The notes: generated by a model from the letters alone, not told the origin. A stretch of 64,000 nt of DNA from Treponemataceae bacterium (GCA_024413635.1 JAKSTT010000001.1:8433-72432); one strand, 5' to 3'; shown: positions 37,178 to 47,147, counted from the stretch's first letter. Translations and numbers: made by a program.

Positions 37178-38500
37178 TTATTCGTGTGCAGCGTTTTCAA
37201 AGCGGGTATAGCTTGGAATGAACTGCATCTTTACGGTACCGATAGGGCCGTTACGCTGCTTTGCCAGAATCAGTTTTGACTCAATGGTTTGCAGCGGACC
37301 TTCAGAACGGCTTTCTTCACGGTCACGATGAATGAACATGATGACGTCGGCATCCTGTTCAATGGATCCTGATTCACGAAGGTCTGCCAGGTTCGGTTCA
37401 CGGCCTTCCGAGTCACGTTTTACCTGGGAAAGTACAACTACCGGAATATCCAGTTCACGGGCCAGTGATTTCAGTGACCGTGAGATTTCTGCAATCTGTT
37501 CATGACGGGGAATCATGGTGTTTTCTGACTGGATCAGGGTAATGTAGTCAATGAATATAATCTGGATGTTCTGCATCGCCTTGAAACGGCGTGCCATGGC
37601 CCTGAGATCAAGCAGTTTCATGTTCGGAGTATCTACGATGTACAGCGGGGCATCATAAATACGGGCTGCTGCGTCCTGAATCTGCTGCAGGTCTGCATAG
37701 TTCAGCCGGCCGGCACGGATTTTTTCACTGGGTAAGCGGGCTTCCTGTGCAATAAGACGCATCATCAGCTGCTTATCAGACATTTCCAATGAAAAAAACG
37801 CCGTAGGAATGCGTTTTTCGATGGCCACATTCTGAGCCATAGTCAGTGCCATGGCTGTTTTACCCATGGAAGGGCGGGCACCGATAATAATCAGTTCCTG
37901 GCCGTGGAAACCGGAAGTCATGGTATCAAGATCAGCAAGACCGGAAGGAATGCCGTTTAAGTCACTTTTATCGTGTACCAGTTTTTCAATCATTTCAATG
38001 GTCTGAGGGATTTCAAACTGCATGGTTTTAATGGTTGTTGTCTGGTTAGAGTCAGTCAGGTCAAAAATCTGTTTCTGTGCTTCTTCAAGAACTGCACGGC
38101 TGTCGATGGTTTCGTCATGTGATTGGCTGACTATGTTGCTGGAAACATGAATCAGTTCCCGGCGGATAAAATTATCAAATACGATTTTTGCGTAATAGAG
38201 AACGTTGGCACTGGTTGGTACTTTATCGGTCAATGATGCCAGATATACCGTGCCGCCTGCTGCGTCCAGTTCACCAGTCTGACGCAGTTCATCCTGAATG
38301 GTTAACAGGTCCCCGCGGATACTTTTGCTGTACAGCGACAGTATGGCCGTAAAGATTTTCTGGTTCTGCAGGGAGTAAAAACGTTCAGGGCGCAGGTAGG
38401 TAAGGACTTCACCCACAGCATCCCAGTCCAAAAGGAGTGCACCTAAGGTAGCAGCTTCTGCTTCAAGGTTATGTGGTGGAACTTTATCTTTTAAACTCAT
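37178..38500 (-). CDS. dnaB: Replicative DNA helicase
   Basis: PPHNLEAEAATLGALLL start, Walker A GARPSMGKTA, and RecA-like C-terminal domain. Confidence 0.95.
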   Translation of the reverse strand: MSLKDKVPPHNLEAEAATLGALLLDWDAVGEVLTYLRPERFYSLQNQKIFTAILSLYSKSIRGDLLTIQDELRQTGELDAAGGTVYLASLTDKVPTSANVLYYAKIVFDNFIRRELIHVSSNIVSQSHDETIDSRAVLEEAQKQIFDLTDSNQTTTIKTMQFEIPQTIEMIEKLVHDKSDLNGIPSGLADLDTMTSGFHGQELIIIGARPSMGKTAMALTMAQNVAIEKRIPTAFFSLEMSDKQLMMRLIAQEARLPSEKIRAGRLNYADLQQIQDAAARIYDAPLYIVDTPNMKLLDLRAMARRFKAMQNIQIIFIDYITLIQSENTMIPRHEQIAEISRSLKSLARELDIPVVVLSQVKRDSEGREPNLADLRESGSIEQDADVIMFIHRDREESRSEGPLQTIESKLILAKQRNGPIGTVKMQFIPSYTRFENAAHE

Positions 38501-38528
38501 GGTGTCTCCTTGTTGTATAGTATAACAG

Positions 38529-38578
38529 AAAAAAATACCGCTGCAGCGGTTTTCGTAAAAACATCGCGACAGCGGTAT
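38529..38578 (-). terminator. rho-independent terminator after rplI with two alternative stems
   Basis: The minus-strand RNA reads ATACCGCTG...ACCGCTG-CAGCGGTAT-U7. The 3' arm can pair with either upstream copy. Confidence 0.55.
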
Positions 38579-38599
38579 CGTAAAGCCAGTTTATAAAAC

Positions 38600-39091
38600 T
38601 TATGCTTCTACAGGAGCTTCTTCAGCTTTTGGTTCTTCTTTAGCATCCTGATCTTTAACTTCAACAGTTACAGTAGCAGTAGCTGCTTCGTACAGACGGA
38701 TGGTAACAGCATATTTACCGGTGTTTTTAATGGTTGCACCAGGAACTTCAATGCGTTTGCGTTCAACTTCGTAACCAGCTTTAGCCAGAGCTTCAGCAAC
38801 GGTCAGGTTGGTAACAGCACCGTACAGTTTTCCATTTGCACCAGCTGGCATTGGGATTACAACGGTCAGAGCATCCAGTTTTTCTTTCAGAGAAGCACTT
38901 TCAGCACGTTTTGCAGCTTTTTTAGCTTCGATTTCTTCTTTGCGGGTTTCAAAGTAAGCTACGGTTACTTCGTTGTAAGGCAGAGCCAGGTTGCGTGGGA
39001 ACAGGTAGTTACGGGCATAACCGTTAGCTACTACTTTTACGTCACCTTCTTCACCAAGGTGTTTAACATCAGCGTTAAGAATTACTTTCAT
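38600..39091 (-). CDS. rplI: 50S ribosomal protein L9
   Basis: MKVILNADVKHLGEEGDVKVVANGYARNYLFP is the L9 N-domain signature. Confidence 0.95.
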   Translation of the reverse strand: MKVILNADVKHLGEEGDVKVVANGYARNYLFPRNLALPYNEVTVAYFETRKEEIEAKKAAKRAESASLKEKLDALTVVIPMPAGANGKLYGAVTNLTVAEALAKAGYEVERKRIEVPGATIKNTGKYAVTIRLYEAATATVTVEVKDQDAKEEPKAEEAPVEA

Positions 39092-39212
39092 TACAAACTC
39101 CTCAAGTATCCGGTCTGCAGTAATCAGAACGGATAGGGTATTATACAGATTTCTATAGTGGGCATCCGGAGTTGGATGCCTCTAAACCAACAGGGTAACG
39201 GGTACCGATTAC

Positions 39213-39524
39213 TTAGTCTGCTACGAAAGGAAGCAGACAGATAGCGCGTGCGCGTTTGATTTCCAGAGCAAGCTGGCGCTGGTGTTTAGCACAGGTACCA
39301 GTGATGCGGCGTGGAAGAATCTTTCCGCGTTCGGTGGTAAAGCGACGCAGACCTTCTGGGTCTTTATAGTCGATTTTTGCTTTGTTTGCGCAGAAGCGGC
39401 AAACCTTTTTGCGGAAGAATGATTTTCCTTTTGCACGTGGTGCGCGTTCATCTGCATCGCGCATTACGTCCTGCATCTGAACATCTGGTGTAGTATCGAT
39501 ATCTTTAGTTACTTCGTCTGACAT
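39213..39524 (-). CDS. rpsR: 30S ribosomal protein S18
   Basis: [52 protein letters not shown]. Confidence 0.95.
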   Translation of the reverse strand: MSDEVTKDIDTTPDVQMQDVMRDADERAPRAKGKSFFRKKVCRFCANKAKIDYKDPEGLRRFTTERGKILPRRITGTCAKHQRQLALEIKRARAICLLPFVAD

Positions 39525-39564
39525 ACTGAATTCTCCTTACTAAGAATTGATAAAAAAGCAGAAA

Positions 39565-40098
39565 TTAGAACGGAATGTCTTCACTGAATCCGCCAGAGTT
39601 GCCGCCATAGGGCATTCCCTGATCGTATGCAGGAGGTTCCATCTGCTGTGGTTGCTGATAGGAATTACGCTGACCGCCATTGTAGCTGGATCCGCCATTA
39701 TAACCTGATCCGCCGTTGTAACTGTTGTTGTTCTGGCTGTACCCCCCGGCTGGTGCGCTGCTTCCGCCCGCATTTCCGCCTAATAACTGTACGTTATCAG
39801 CATGAATAACAACTTTACTCTGTGGCTGGCCGTCTTTTTCCCATCTGTTCTGTCTCAGTTCTCCATCAATGGCAACCTGTTTGCCTTTCAACAGGAACTG
39901 TTTGATGCCTTCAGCAGGCCGACCGAAAAAGTCTACGTCAAAGTAGCTTACTTCGTCGATCCACTGTTCATCTTTTTTCATACTCCGGTTAACGGCAATG
40001 GAAAATTTACAGATAGCACTACCATTTGAGCTGTATGACAGCTGTGCGTCACGGGTCAGTCTTCCGATAATTGCTACATGATTCAAATCTTTTGCCAT
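39565..40098 (-). CDS. ssb: Single-stranded DNA-binding protein
   Basis: OB-fold start LNHVAIIGRLTRDAQL, a Gly/Asn/Ser-rich linker, and an acidic tail ending DIPF. Confidence 0.95.
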   Translation of the reverse strand: MAKDLNHVAIIGRLTRDAQLSYSSNGSAICKFSIAVNRSMKKDEQWIDEVSYFDVDFFGRPAEGIKQFLLKGKQVAIDGELRQNRWEKDGQPQSKVVIHADNVQLLGGNAGGSSAPAGGYSQNNNSYNGGSGYNGGSSYNGGQRNSYQQPQQMEPPAYDQGMPYGGNSGGFSEDIPF

Positions 40099-40136
40099 TT
40101 TTTACCTCCGGGTATGATTCAGTGTTCTGTGTGTGA

Positions 40137-40418
40137 TTAGTCTTCTACACGAACGAACATGAACTTCAGCAGGTTCTGCTGCAGTTTGAATGCACGGTCA
40201 ATGTCGATAACTTTTGATGGGTTAGCTTTGATGTTGAAAAGCCAGAAGCGACCCTTGTTGCGTTTCTGAATTTCGTAGGTCAGATCGCGATCACCGAACA
40301 GTGCATCGCTTTCGATTTCTGCGCCGAACTCTTTGAGAGTTGCGCGTACAGCTTCAATAGCTGGTTTTGACAGATCTTCTTCAATAGGGAAGATAGTCAT
40401 CAGTTCATACTTTCTCAT
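40137..40418 (-). CDS. rpsF: 30S ribosomal protein S6
   Basis: MRKYELMTIFPIEED...RFWLFNIKANP, and position at the head of rpsF-ssb-rpsR-rplI. Confidence 0.9.
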   Translation of the reverse strand: MRKYELMTIFPIEEDLSKPAIEAVRATLKEFGAEIESDALFGDRDLTYEIQKRNKGRFWLFNIKANPSKVIDIDRAFKLQQNLLKFMFVRVED

Positions 40419-40469
40419 AGTATCTCCTTATGGTCGTTGTGGGAAGAAAACTCTTCCAAGGGGTTCTTG

Positions 40470-40498
40470 ATAATACCAAATTGCTCTGATAAAAGCAA
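40470..40498 (-). promoter_or_regulatory. sigma70-type promoter for the rpsF operon
   Basis: Minus strand reads TTGCTT-N17-TATTAT, with TGG immediately upstream of the -10. Confidence 0.55.
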
Positions 40499-40515
40499 TA
40501 TGGCTTGCATATCCG

Positions 40516-42423
40516 TTATTTGAATGTAACCCATTCACCTTCAATGGTCAGGTACCAGGTACCATACGAGGTACTTGATGTTGCACTGAACCAGGAAAGG
40601 CTGCCGTCTTTGTTGAGGACCAGCAGGTGGGTGTCATTTACCGTCAGTTTTTCAGGAAGGGCCTTATACCGGTTGTAGGCAGTCTGCTTCCGTGAAGAAA
40701 CGGTAATGGAACGGATCTTATCCTGGGAAATGTTGGTATACAGCCGGCCATTGGTATAGTATACGAAGGCTTCGGTGTCTTCCTCAGGGAACGTAACGAT
40801 GGCCGAATATTTCTTGGTAGACGGCGTATAGGTGAAAATCTCTGTTTTTTCAGCCGGCGTCGAGAATACGGAAATACCGTAGAACGATTTTGTTCCGCCG
40901 GTGGTACTGCTGGAAAGAGAGAAACTTACTTCTGCGGTAACCGGCAGTGCCAGGGTTTCCTGTGTGGATACGTTTACTTCAATAAGGGCACTTTTGGGTG
41001 AAGAGGCTGCAGATTTTGCAACATACAGGGTGTTCTCGTCATACAGCAGGGCATCCTGTACACCGGTACCGGTATACAGTCGTTTTGAACTGTTTGTTTC
41101 AAATGAATACAGGGTTACCGTTGAACTGCCTTCTACCAGAACCATGGCGCCGTTTTCATAATGGATATTCATCAGGTTCAGGGAAGGGGTATAAATGGTA
41201 CGAAGGTTCCAGCCTTCTGATTCCTTTGCCTGGGCAACCGGTTTTTTCTGGTCTCTGGACCAGAAAAGCAGGGTATCTTCATCGATACGGAGAATATTGG
41301 TATAACCGGGATTTGTCATCAACGGTTCGTTTTCTTTTCCGTTAAAGGTGGTACGGATCAGACTTTTTTCTGAAAGGATATAGAAATCGTTTCCATTTTC
41401 AGAAATATCAAGGATCTTGTCATAGGGGTTCTGTGAGATACAGGTTGCCGCAGTCAGTACGGTATCACTGTCTTTGCTGACTGTCTGAATGGTACCATCG
41501 TCACAACCGGCATAAATATGGGTTCTGGTAGCAGTTGCCGTCACGATGGAAGGACGTTCTTCCGTGTAGAAGTTCCGTACAATGACAGAGTAGGAGGGTA
41601 CGGTAACACCCTCAATATCAACCATTTTCAGGGTATAGTTCTTGCCTTCCTGTTCAATGTAGTACAGGTCGGTATCAGAACGGAGGGTAACCAGCTGGGG
41701 TTTGTTTGCCCGGATCTTAGCCAGCAGTTTGGCGCTGTAGGCATGGTAAATCCAGATATAACCGTCCTTAAAGCCCGCAAACATCAGGTTATTGTTGAAC
41801 AGTACCGGCTGGTCCAGGTTTGCTTCTACGGAAAGTTCTGTTTTTGTTTCCTGGTTTTTCAGGTTTCCGTATACCAGATATCCCAGCTGTGAATAAAAAA
41901 CGCCGGAATTTTCTGTAGCACTGGTATATGCCATGGTGACCATGCTGGGTTTTTCCCGGATTTTTACGACAGTCTTGAGGGTAGAGGTATTGATGAACGA
42001 AATACCGTCTACGCCATTACTGCCTACCATCAGATAGGTACCGTTATCAGAGAACGACAGGCTGGTTACCGGATTGGGAAAACGTTTTGTCAGTTTGTTG
42101 GTCTTGGCTTTCCAGTCAAAAAGGCGGATGCGGTTAATGGAAAAACCGTCTGTTTCATAAATGGCAAGAAGATTTCCATCCGGGTGTACGGCAATGTCTT
42201 TAATCTCCAGATTTGACATCTGGTACCGTTCTCCCTCGCCATCAGTACTCCATCTGATGATGAAACTATCCTGTCCGACAGAGAATACTGCATCTGCTGA
42301 AGAAGCCATGGCAGTAACGTTGCCGGTATGGGGCTGCGTAGAATTTCTTGACTGTGCTGATACTGCTGAAACAGAAAGCAGCAGGACAGCAGCTGCAATG
42401 AATTTTTGTACTGTGTATTTCAT
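40516..42423 (-). CDS. Secreted beta-propeller (WD40-like) repeat protein
   Basis: Signal peptide AAVLLLSVSAVSAQ. Repeated ~40-aa units with HxG..TA....D..F and D..I..W patterns. Confidence 0.5.
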   Translation of the reverse strand: MKYTVQKFIAAAVLLLSVSAVSAQSRNSTQPHTGNVTAMASSADAVFSVGQDSFIIRWSTDGEGERYQMSNLEIKDIAVHPDGNLLAIYETDGFSINRIRLFDWKAKTNKLTKRFPNPVTSLSFSDNGTYLMVGSNGVDGISFINTSTLKTVVKIREKPSMVTMAYTSATENSGVFYSQLGYLVYGNLKNQETKTELSVEANLDQPVLFNNNLMFAGFKDGYIWIYHAYSAKLLAKIRANKPQLVTLRSDTDLYYIEQEGKNYTLKMVDIEGVTVPSYSVIVRNFYTEERPSIVTATATRTHIYAGCDDGTIQTVSKDSDTVLTAATCISQNPYDKILDISENGNDFYILSEKSLIRTTFNGKENEPLMTNPGYTNILRIDEDTLLFWSRDQKKPVAQAKESEGWNLRTIYTPSLNLMNIHYENGAMVLVEGSSTVTLYSFETNSSKRLYTGTGVQDALLYDENTLYVAKSAASSPKSALIEVNVSTQETLALPVTAEVSFSLSSSTTGGTKSFYGISVFSTPAEKTEIFTYTPSTKKYSAIVTFPEEDTEAFVYYTNGRLYTNISQDKIRSITVSSRKQTAYNRYKALPEKLTVNDTHLLVLNKDGSLSWFSATSSTSYGTWYLTIEGEWVTFK

Positions 42424-42436
42424 GAATAATCCTCTG

Positions 42437-43777
42437 TTATCGTCCTATAAGATAGCGGATATCACCGAAAAGGGCAAAGACAAATAATGCTCCGATGCAG
42501 AGAATTCCGAATATCTGAACCAGGTACAGAACCTTTGGCGGTACCTGACGGTGGAAAATGGTTTCGATAAGGGCAAAAAGAACCAGTCCGCCGTCAAGAA
42601 TAGGGATGGGCAGAAGGTTCATGATGAAAAGCGAAATATTGATGAGGGCAAGAAACTGCATGACATTGACAACACCGATGCCAAAGCCGGCGGAAAAACC
42701 TTCGATGGCGGTATCACCCAGCATTTTGGTAATGCGTACCGGCCCGCTGACTGCTGATGTCAGGTCTACTCCCTTAAAAAGCAGTGCCAGACTTTTGAAT
42801 GTCAGGCTGATGAGGCGTCCTGTTTCTGCTATGCCGTTTCCGATTCCGGTAAAAAGACCGTACTTTTCTGTATGGAGTTTTTCCTGCTTGAAGTAAAACC
42901 CGAAAGAATCATCGGGAGATGCTGGTTTCAAGTCGATATCAAGCAGGGAACCGTTACGGTTTACGGTAAGGACAAAGGAACGGTCTGTACCCAGCTGCCG
43001 GGATACATCAACCGTGGTAGCGACAGGTTTTCCGTTAACGGCTGTTATCAGGTCACCGTCCCGGAGCCCTGCTTTTGCTGCGGTTGAACCGGGCTGTACT
43101 TCCGTTACTTCCGGTGCAATCCATGCCATGACGCCGATTTTTCCGGCACCGGTTGAGCTTTCCAGTTTCGGTGTTACGGTTATCTGGAAGATTCCTGCAC
43201 CTTCGCGCTCAATATCCATGGTAATGGGGGTATCTGCATTCAGTGAAATTTCTTCGTAAATGTCCTTGAACCAGGGTGTGTCTTTTCCGTTGATGGCTAC
43301 AATACGGTCTCCGGTCTGCATACCGGCTTCTGCAGCAACTGATTCAACATCAGGGTAAACATCAGTCGCGATGATGATGCGGTTTTCTGTGGTATAGTAA
43401 TCGTATCCGACCCAGGCAACGACGGTCATGGCAACAATGGCAAAAAGCACGTTGAAAAAAGGGCCGGAAAAGGCTATAAGCGCCCTTTTTAACGGATGAA
43501 CACCATAAAATTCATCAGGTTCACCTTCAATGCGTTTCTGATTGTTTTCTACGGCATTCTGGAATGCCTGTTCGCCTTTCATGGCACAGTAGCCGCCTAA
43601 GGGAATCAGGGAAATACGGTAATCGGTACCTTTGATGGTTTTATGAAACAGTATGGGCCCCATGCCGATGGAAAAACTTTCTACCACAACGCCGCAGCGG
43701 CGGGCTGCAATAAAGTGTCCCAGTTCATGTATAAAAACGATAACTCCGAGTCCGATGATGCCGTAAATGAAGGTCAT
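42437..43777 (-). CDS. rseP: RIP metalloprotease (site-2 protease)
   Basis: HELGHF zinc motif at the N-terminus, two PDZ-like segments, and a C-terminal NLLPIPILDGG motif. Confidence 0.9.
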   Translation of the reverse strand: MTFIYGIIGLGVIVFIHELGHFIAARRCGVVVESFSIGMGPILFHKTIKGTDYRISLIPLGGYCAMKGEQAFQNAVENNQKRIEGEPDEFYGVHPLKRALIAFSGPFFNVLFAIVAMTVVAWVGYDYYTTENRIIIATDVYPDVESVAAEAGMQTGDRIVAINGKDTPWFKDIYEEISLNADTPITMDIEREGAGIFQITVTPKLESSTGAGKIGVMAWIAPEVTEVQPGSTAAKAGLRDGDLITAVNGKPVATTVDVSRQLGTDRSFVLTVNRNGSLLDIDLKPASPDDSFGFYFKQEKLHTEKYGLFTGIGNGIAETGRLISLTFKSLALLFKGVDLTSAVSGPVRITKMLGDTAIEGFSAGFGIGVVNVMQFLALINISLFIMNLLPIPILDGGLVLFALIETIFHRQVPPKVLYLVQIFGILCIGALFVFALFGDIRYLIGR

Positions 43778-44883
43778 TTCAGGAACTCCTGTGCCATGGC
43801 CCGGGCTTTTGCATCAATGGCGAATACTTCATCAATGGTTTCCGGTTCTCCTGTCCAGTCTGCAGCACAGACTTTTGCCGTCAGTTCGCTGATACCGGTG
43901 AAACTGAGTGTTCCGGCCCGGAAGGCAGCAACGGCAACTTCATTGGCAGCGTTAAAGGCAATGGTATAGCCGCCGTTTTTACCGGCACAGTCAAAGGCAA
44001 GCCGCAGCATGGGGAATTTATCAGTATCAGGTTTTTCAAAGGTCAGCGTCAGGGGATTGTCCGATGAGCCGAAAAGGTCAAGCGGTTCCAGGCTGTTAGG
44101 ATAGAATTCCGGCCATGATAAAGCCATGACGATGGGATGCCGCATGTCCGGTTTTGAAAGCTGTCCATAGAGCATGCCGTCCTTTGTTTTTATCAGTGAA
44201 TGGACAATACTCTGGGGGTGTACGGTTACCTGCACCTGGTCAGGTGTTACCTGGAATAACCGGCATGCTTCAATAACCTCAAGACCTTTATTGGCAAGTG
44301 TTGCACTGTCGATGGTAATTTTTGCTCCCATATCCCAGGTCGGATGTTTCAGGGCATCCTGCACGGTAACGGTTTTCAGTTCTTCCATGGTCTTTTTACG
44401 GAAGGGACCGCCGGAGGCAGTAATGACGATTGTATCGAGCGCTTCCTTACCGTAATGTTCAATAAGGGTGAAAACGGCAGAATGCTCGGAATCAACTGGC
44501 AGGATATGGGCTCCTGTTCTGCGGGCAATGGCATATACCAGAGGGGCTGCCATGACGATGGTCTCTTTATTTGCCAGGGCCAGGTCAATGCCTGCTTCAA
44601 GGACGCAGACTGATGGCCAGAGTCCGGCAGAACCTGCAATGCCGTTTACGGCAATGTCTGCACCTGATGAGGCAATGAACTGACGGATCTGTTCACGGTC
44701 AGCGGTGGAGGTAAGCAGGGTGTTGCTGCAGTGGAAAGTGTCTGCAGCAGCTGCCAGTGCATCTTCCTTAGAATGGGCTGTTAATCCGCAGACTTCATAT
44801 TTGTCATGAAATTCTTCAAGAATTGAAAGGGTACTGGTACCAATGGAACCAGTACACCCTAAAACTAATACTCTTTTTTTCAT
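43774..44883 (-). CDS. dxr: 1-deoxy-D-xylulose 5-phosphate reductoisomerase
   Basis: VLGCTGSIGTST NADPH-binding start, LANKETIV, and ILPVDSEHSA motifs. Confidence 0.95.
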   Translation of the reverse strand: MKKRVLVLGCTGSIGTSTLSILEEFHDKYEVCGLTAHSKEDALAAAADTFHCSNTLLTSTADREQIRQFIASSGADIAVNGIAGSAGLWPSVCVLEAGIDLALANKETIVMAAPLVYAIARRTGAHILPVDSEHSAVFTLIEHYGKEALDTIVITASGGPFRKKTMEELKTVTVQDALKHPTWDMGAKITIDSATLANKGLEVIEACRLFQVTPDQVQVTVHPQSIVHSLIKTKDGMLYGQLSKPDMRHPIVMALSWPEFYPNSLEPLDLFGSSDNPLTLTFEKPDTDKFPMLRLAFDCAGKNGGYTIAFNAANEVAVAAFRAGTLSFTGISELTAKVCAADWTGEPETIDEVFAIDAKARAMAQEFLK

Positions 44884-44907
44884 ATAGGCTGGAATGTTTC
44901 CTGTTGA

Positions 44908-45777
44908 TTAGAAGAAGAGCAGGGTTGAAACCAGATAAAAGACCGGTGCGGTAAACAGGATAGAGTCAAGGGAGTCCAGCATCCCTCCGCGGCCGGGAAT
45001 AATCTTTCCGGAATCCTTAATGCCTGCTGAACGCTTGAAAACGGATTCTACCAGATCGCCCAGATCTGCCGTCAGTGAACAGATACCGCCGACAAGGAGA
45101 ACCTGCCAGATCTGGAACTGATGGTAGGCCGGCTGGAATCTCCAGTACAGGTAGGCTACCAGAAGGCAGCTGAAAAATCCGCCCATAAAGCCGACCAGAC
45201 TTTTGTTGGGGCTTGCTTTTACAATGCCTTTTGTTGATTTACCAAACAGTACGCCAAAGAACCAGGCAAGTGAGTCGTTTCCGAATACCATCAGCAGCAT
45301 GAACACCAGGGCAGCCTGTGAGTATTCCCAGACAGTAATCCGTGAAAGGAATGACATGAGAAGTCCGCAGTAAAATACGGTCATGACCGTAGCGCTTACC
45401 CGCTGGAGTGCGGGTTCAAAAAAACTGTCTGCAGAACGGGTCTTTTCGCTGGGGAACACTTCGGCAGTCAGGGATACGAACAGTGCAAGAACTCCGGTCA
45501 ACAGAATGATGTTGTTTGTCTGAGCCAGTTTAAACTGCAGGCAGAGGGCAGTAACCAAAGGCAATGCAGCTGCGAGAACGGCCATAAAAAAACGGTTCTG
45601 GGTCTGCATTTTCTGGGCCAGCAGATTCTGCATTTCCAGTGCTGCTATAAAGGTTACAACAACCATTACCACATGCAGCGGCAGATGGTCATTCCATTTT
45701 ATCAGGGTAATGAAAAGTACCAGCGGTAATCCAATGAAGAACGTTAACAGTCGTTCAACGGTTTTACTCATGTTCAT
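44908..45777 (-). CDS. cdsA: Phosphatidate cytidylyltransferase
   Basis: Polytopic protein. C-terminal signature SVFKRSAGIKDSGKIIPGRGGMLDSLDS. Confidence 0.9.
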   Translation of the reverse strand: MNMSKTVERLLTFFIGLPLVLFITLIKWNDHLPLHVVMVVVTFIAALEMQNLLAQKMQTQNRFFMAVLAAALPLVTALCLQFKLAQTNNIILLTGVLALFVSLTAEVFPSEKTRSADSFFEPALQRVSATVMTVFYCGLLMSFLSRITVWEYSQAALVFMLLMVFGNDSLAWFFGVLFGKSTKGIVKASPNKSLVGFMGGFFSCLLVAYLYWRFQPAYHQFQIWQVLLVGGICSLTADLGDLVESVFKRSAGIKDSGKIIPGRGGMLDSLDSILFTAPVFYLVSTLLFF

Positions 45778-46483
45778 CTTCCTTATTTAGTCCACCGAAA
45801 CGTCTGGTCCGTTTCTGGTATTCTGCAATGTGTGCCTTCAGTGACGTTTCGTCGTAATCCGGCCACAGTACATCATCAAAGATAAGTTCAGCATAGGTTC
45901 CCTGCCAGAGCAGGAAATTACTGAGCCGTTTTTCTCCACCGGTTCTGATGATAAGGTCAGCATCGGGAAGTTGGGGCTGGTCAAGAAGCTGTGCCAGTCC
46001 GGCTTCTGTCAGTTCTGCCGGATCGGTGCATTTTCTGAATGCCCGGATTATTTCATCGCGGCCACCGTAATTCAATGCGATGACAACGGTAATTGCGGTA
46101 TTGTTTTTTGTTGCGTCTACAACCTGATCGATAGCTTCCAGTAAGTCTGGAGCAAGACGGTTGCGGTCTCCCAGATGGAGGACGCGGATGTTGTTTTTCT
46201 GGTAGAAACTCTTTTCGGTCTGCAGGTGAATGCGCAGCAGCCCCATGAGATAAGATACTTCGGATTCGGGCCGTGACCAGTTTTCTGTTGAAAAGGTATA
46301 CAGTGTCAGATACTTGATCTGCAGTTTTATAGCCGAAAGAATGGCAGTACGGGCTGCTTCTACACCGGCTTTATGACCACTGGTACGGGGAAGTTTGCGC
46401 TGTTTGGCCCAGCGGCCGTTACCATCCATGATGATACCAACATGGGTAGGTACGGCTGCCGGTTGTATTGTTAATTCAGACAT
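45764..46483 (-). CDS. uppS: Isoprenyl transferase (undecaprenyl diphosphate synthase)
   Basis: HVGIIMDGNGRWA, FSTENWSRP, and IRTGGEKRLSNFLLWQ. Confidence 0.95.
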   Translation of the reverse strand: MSELTIQPAAVPTHVGIIMDGNGRWAKQRKLPRTSGHKAGVEAARTAILSAIKLQIKYLTLYTFSTENWSRPESEVSYLMGLLRIHLQTEKSFYQKNNIRVLHLGDRNRLAPDLLEAIDQVVDATKNNTAITVVIALNYGGRDEIIRAFRKCTDPAELTEAGLAQLLDQPQLPDADLIIRTGGEKRLSNFLLWQGTYAELIFDDVLWPDYDETSLKAHIAEYQKRTRRFGGLNKEDEHE

Positions 46484-46491
46484 CAGCTGAA

Positions 46492-47046
46492 TCAGCCTTC
46501 CATGATTTCTTTTTCTTTTTCTTCAAGAATCTTGTTGATTTCCTGAATATAAGAATCAGTTGCTTTCTGGAGAGCGTCTTCTGCGGTTTTCAGTCCGTCT
46601 TCAGTCAGTTCTCCGTCTTTCTGCAGTTTTTTCAGTTCATCGTTACCATCGCGGCGGATGTTGCGGATTGCTACACGGCTGTTTTCTGCAGTGTTTTTAG
46701 CCTGTTTGCAGAGTTCCTTACGACGGTCTGCAGTTAACGGTGGAATAGCAATACGGATTACTTTACCATCGTTTGAAGGATTCAGGCCCAGGTCTGCTGC
46801 CAGAATACCTTTTTCAATTTCTTTAATCAGTGATTTATCCCATGGCTGAATTACAACCATGCGGGCTTCCGGGATAGAAATGGTTGCTACCTGACTTAAT
46901 GGTGATTTGTCACCGTAGTAATCAACACGAACTCTATCGAACAGGGAGGTTGAAGCGCGACCGGTTCTGATGGCACTGAATTCATTTTTCAGTGATTCAA
47001 TGCTTTTTTTCATTCTTTCTACGCATACTTCCTGAGTATCTGCCAT
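46492..47046 (-). CDS. frr: Ribosome recycling factor
   Basis: IRTGRASTSLFD, IQPWD, and IAIPPLTADRRKEL. Confidence 0.95.
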   Translation of the reverse strand: MADTQEVCVERMKKSIESLKNEFSAIRTGRASTSLFDRVRVDYYGDKSPLSQVATISIPEARMVVIQPWDKSLIKEIEKGILAADLGLNPSNDGKVIRIAIPPLTADRRKELCKQAKNTAENSRVAIRNIRRDGNDELKKLQKDGELTEDGLKTAEDALQKATDSYIQEINKILEEKEKEIMEG

Positions 47047-47070
47047 TTGAAAACTCCTTTGTATATTTCT

Positions 47071-47113
47071 AAAAAAAAAGGCTGTCTTCAGTATACTGCA
47101 TGACAGCCTTTTT
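47071..47113 (-). terminator. rho-independent terminator after tsf
   Basis: aggctgtc-N15-gacagcct, followed on the minus strand by U9. Confidence 0.7.
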
Positions 47114-47147
47114 GTGGAACTTAAAATTGCATTAAGCTCCGGTAAAA

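Noticed and set aside
39221-39773. Alternative-frame ORFs inside rpsR (39221-39457) and ssb (39540-39773)
   Set aside because: They overlap highly conserved genes on the same strand in another frame. Their translations are low complexity, and nothing suggests programmed frameshifting.
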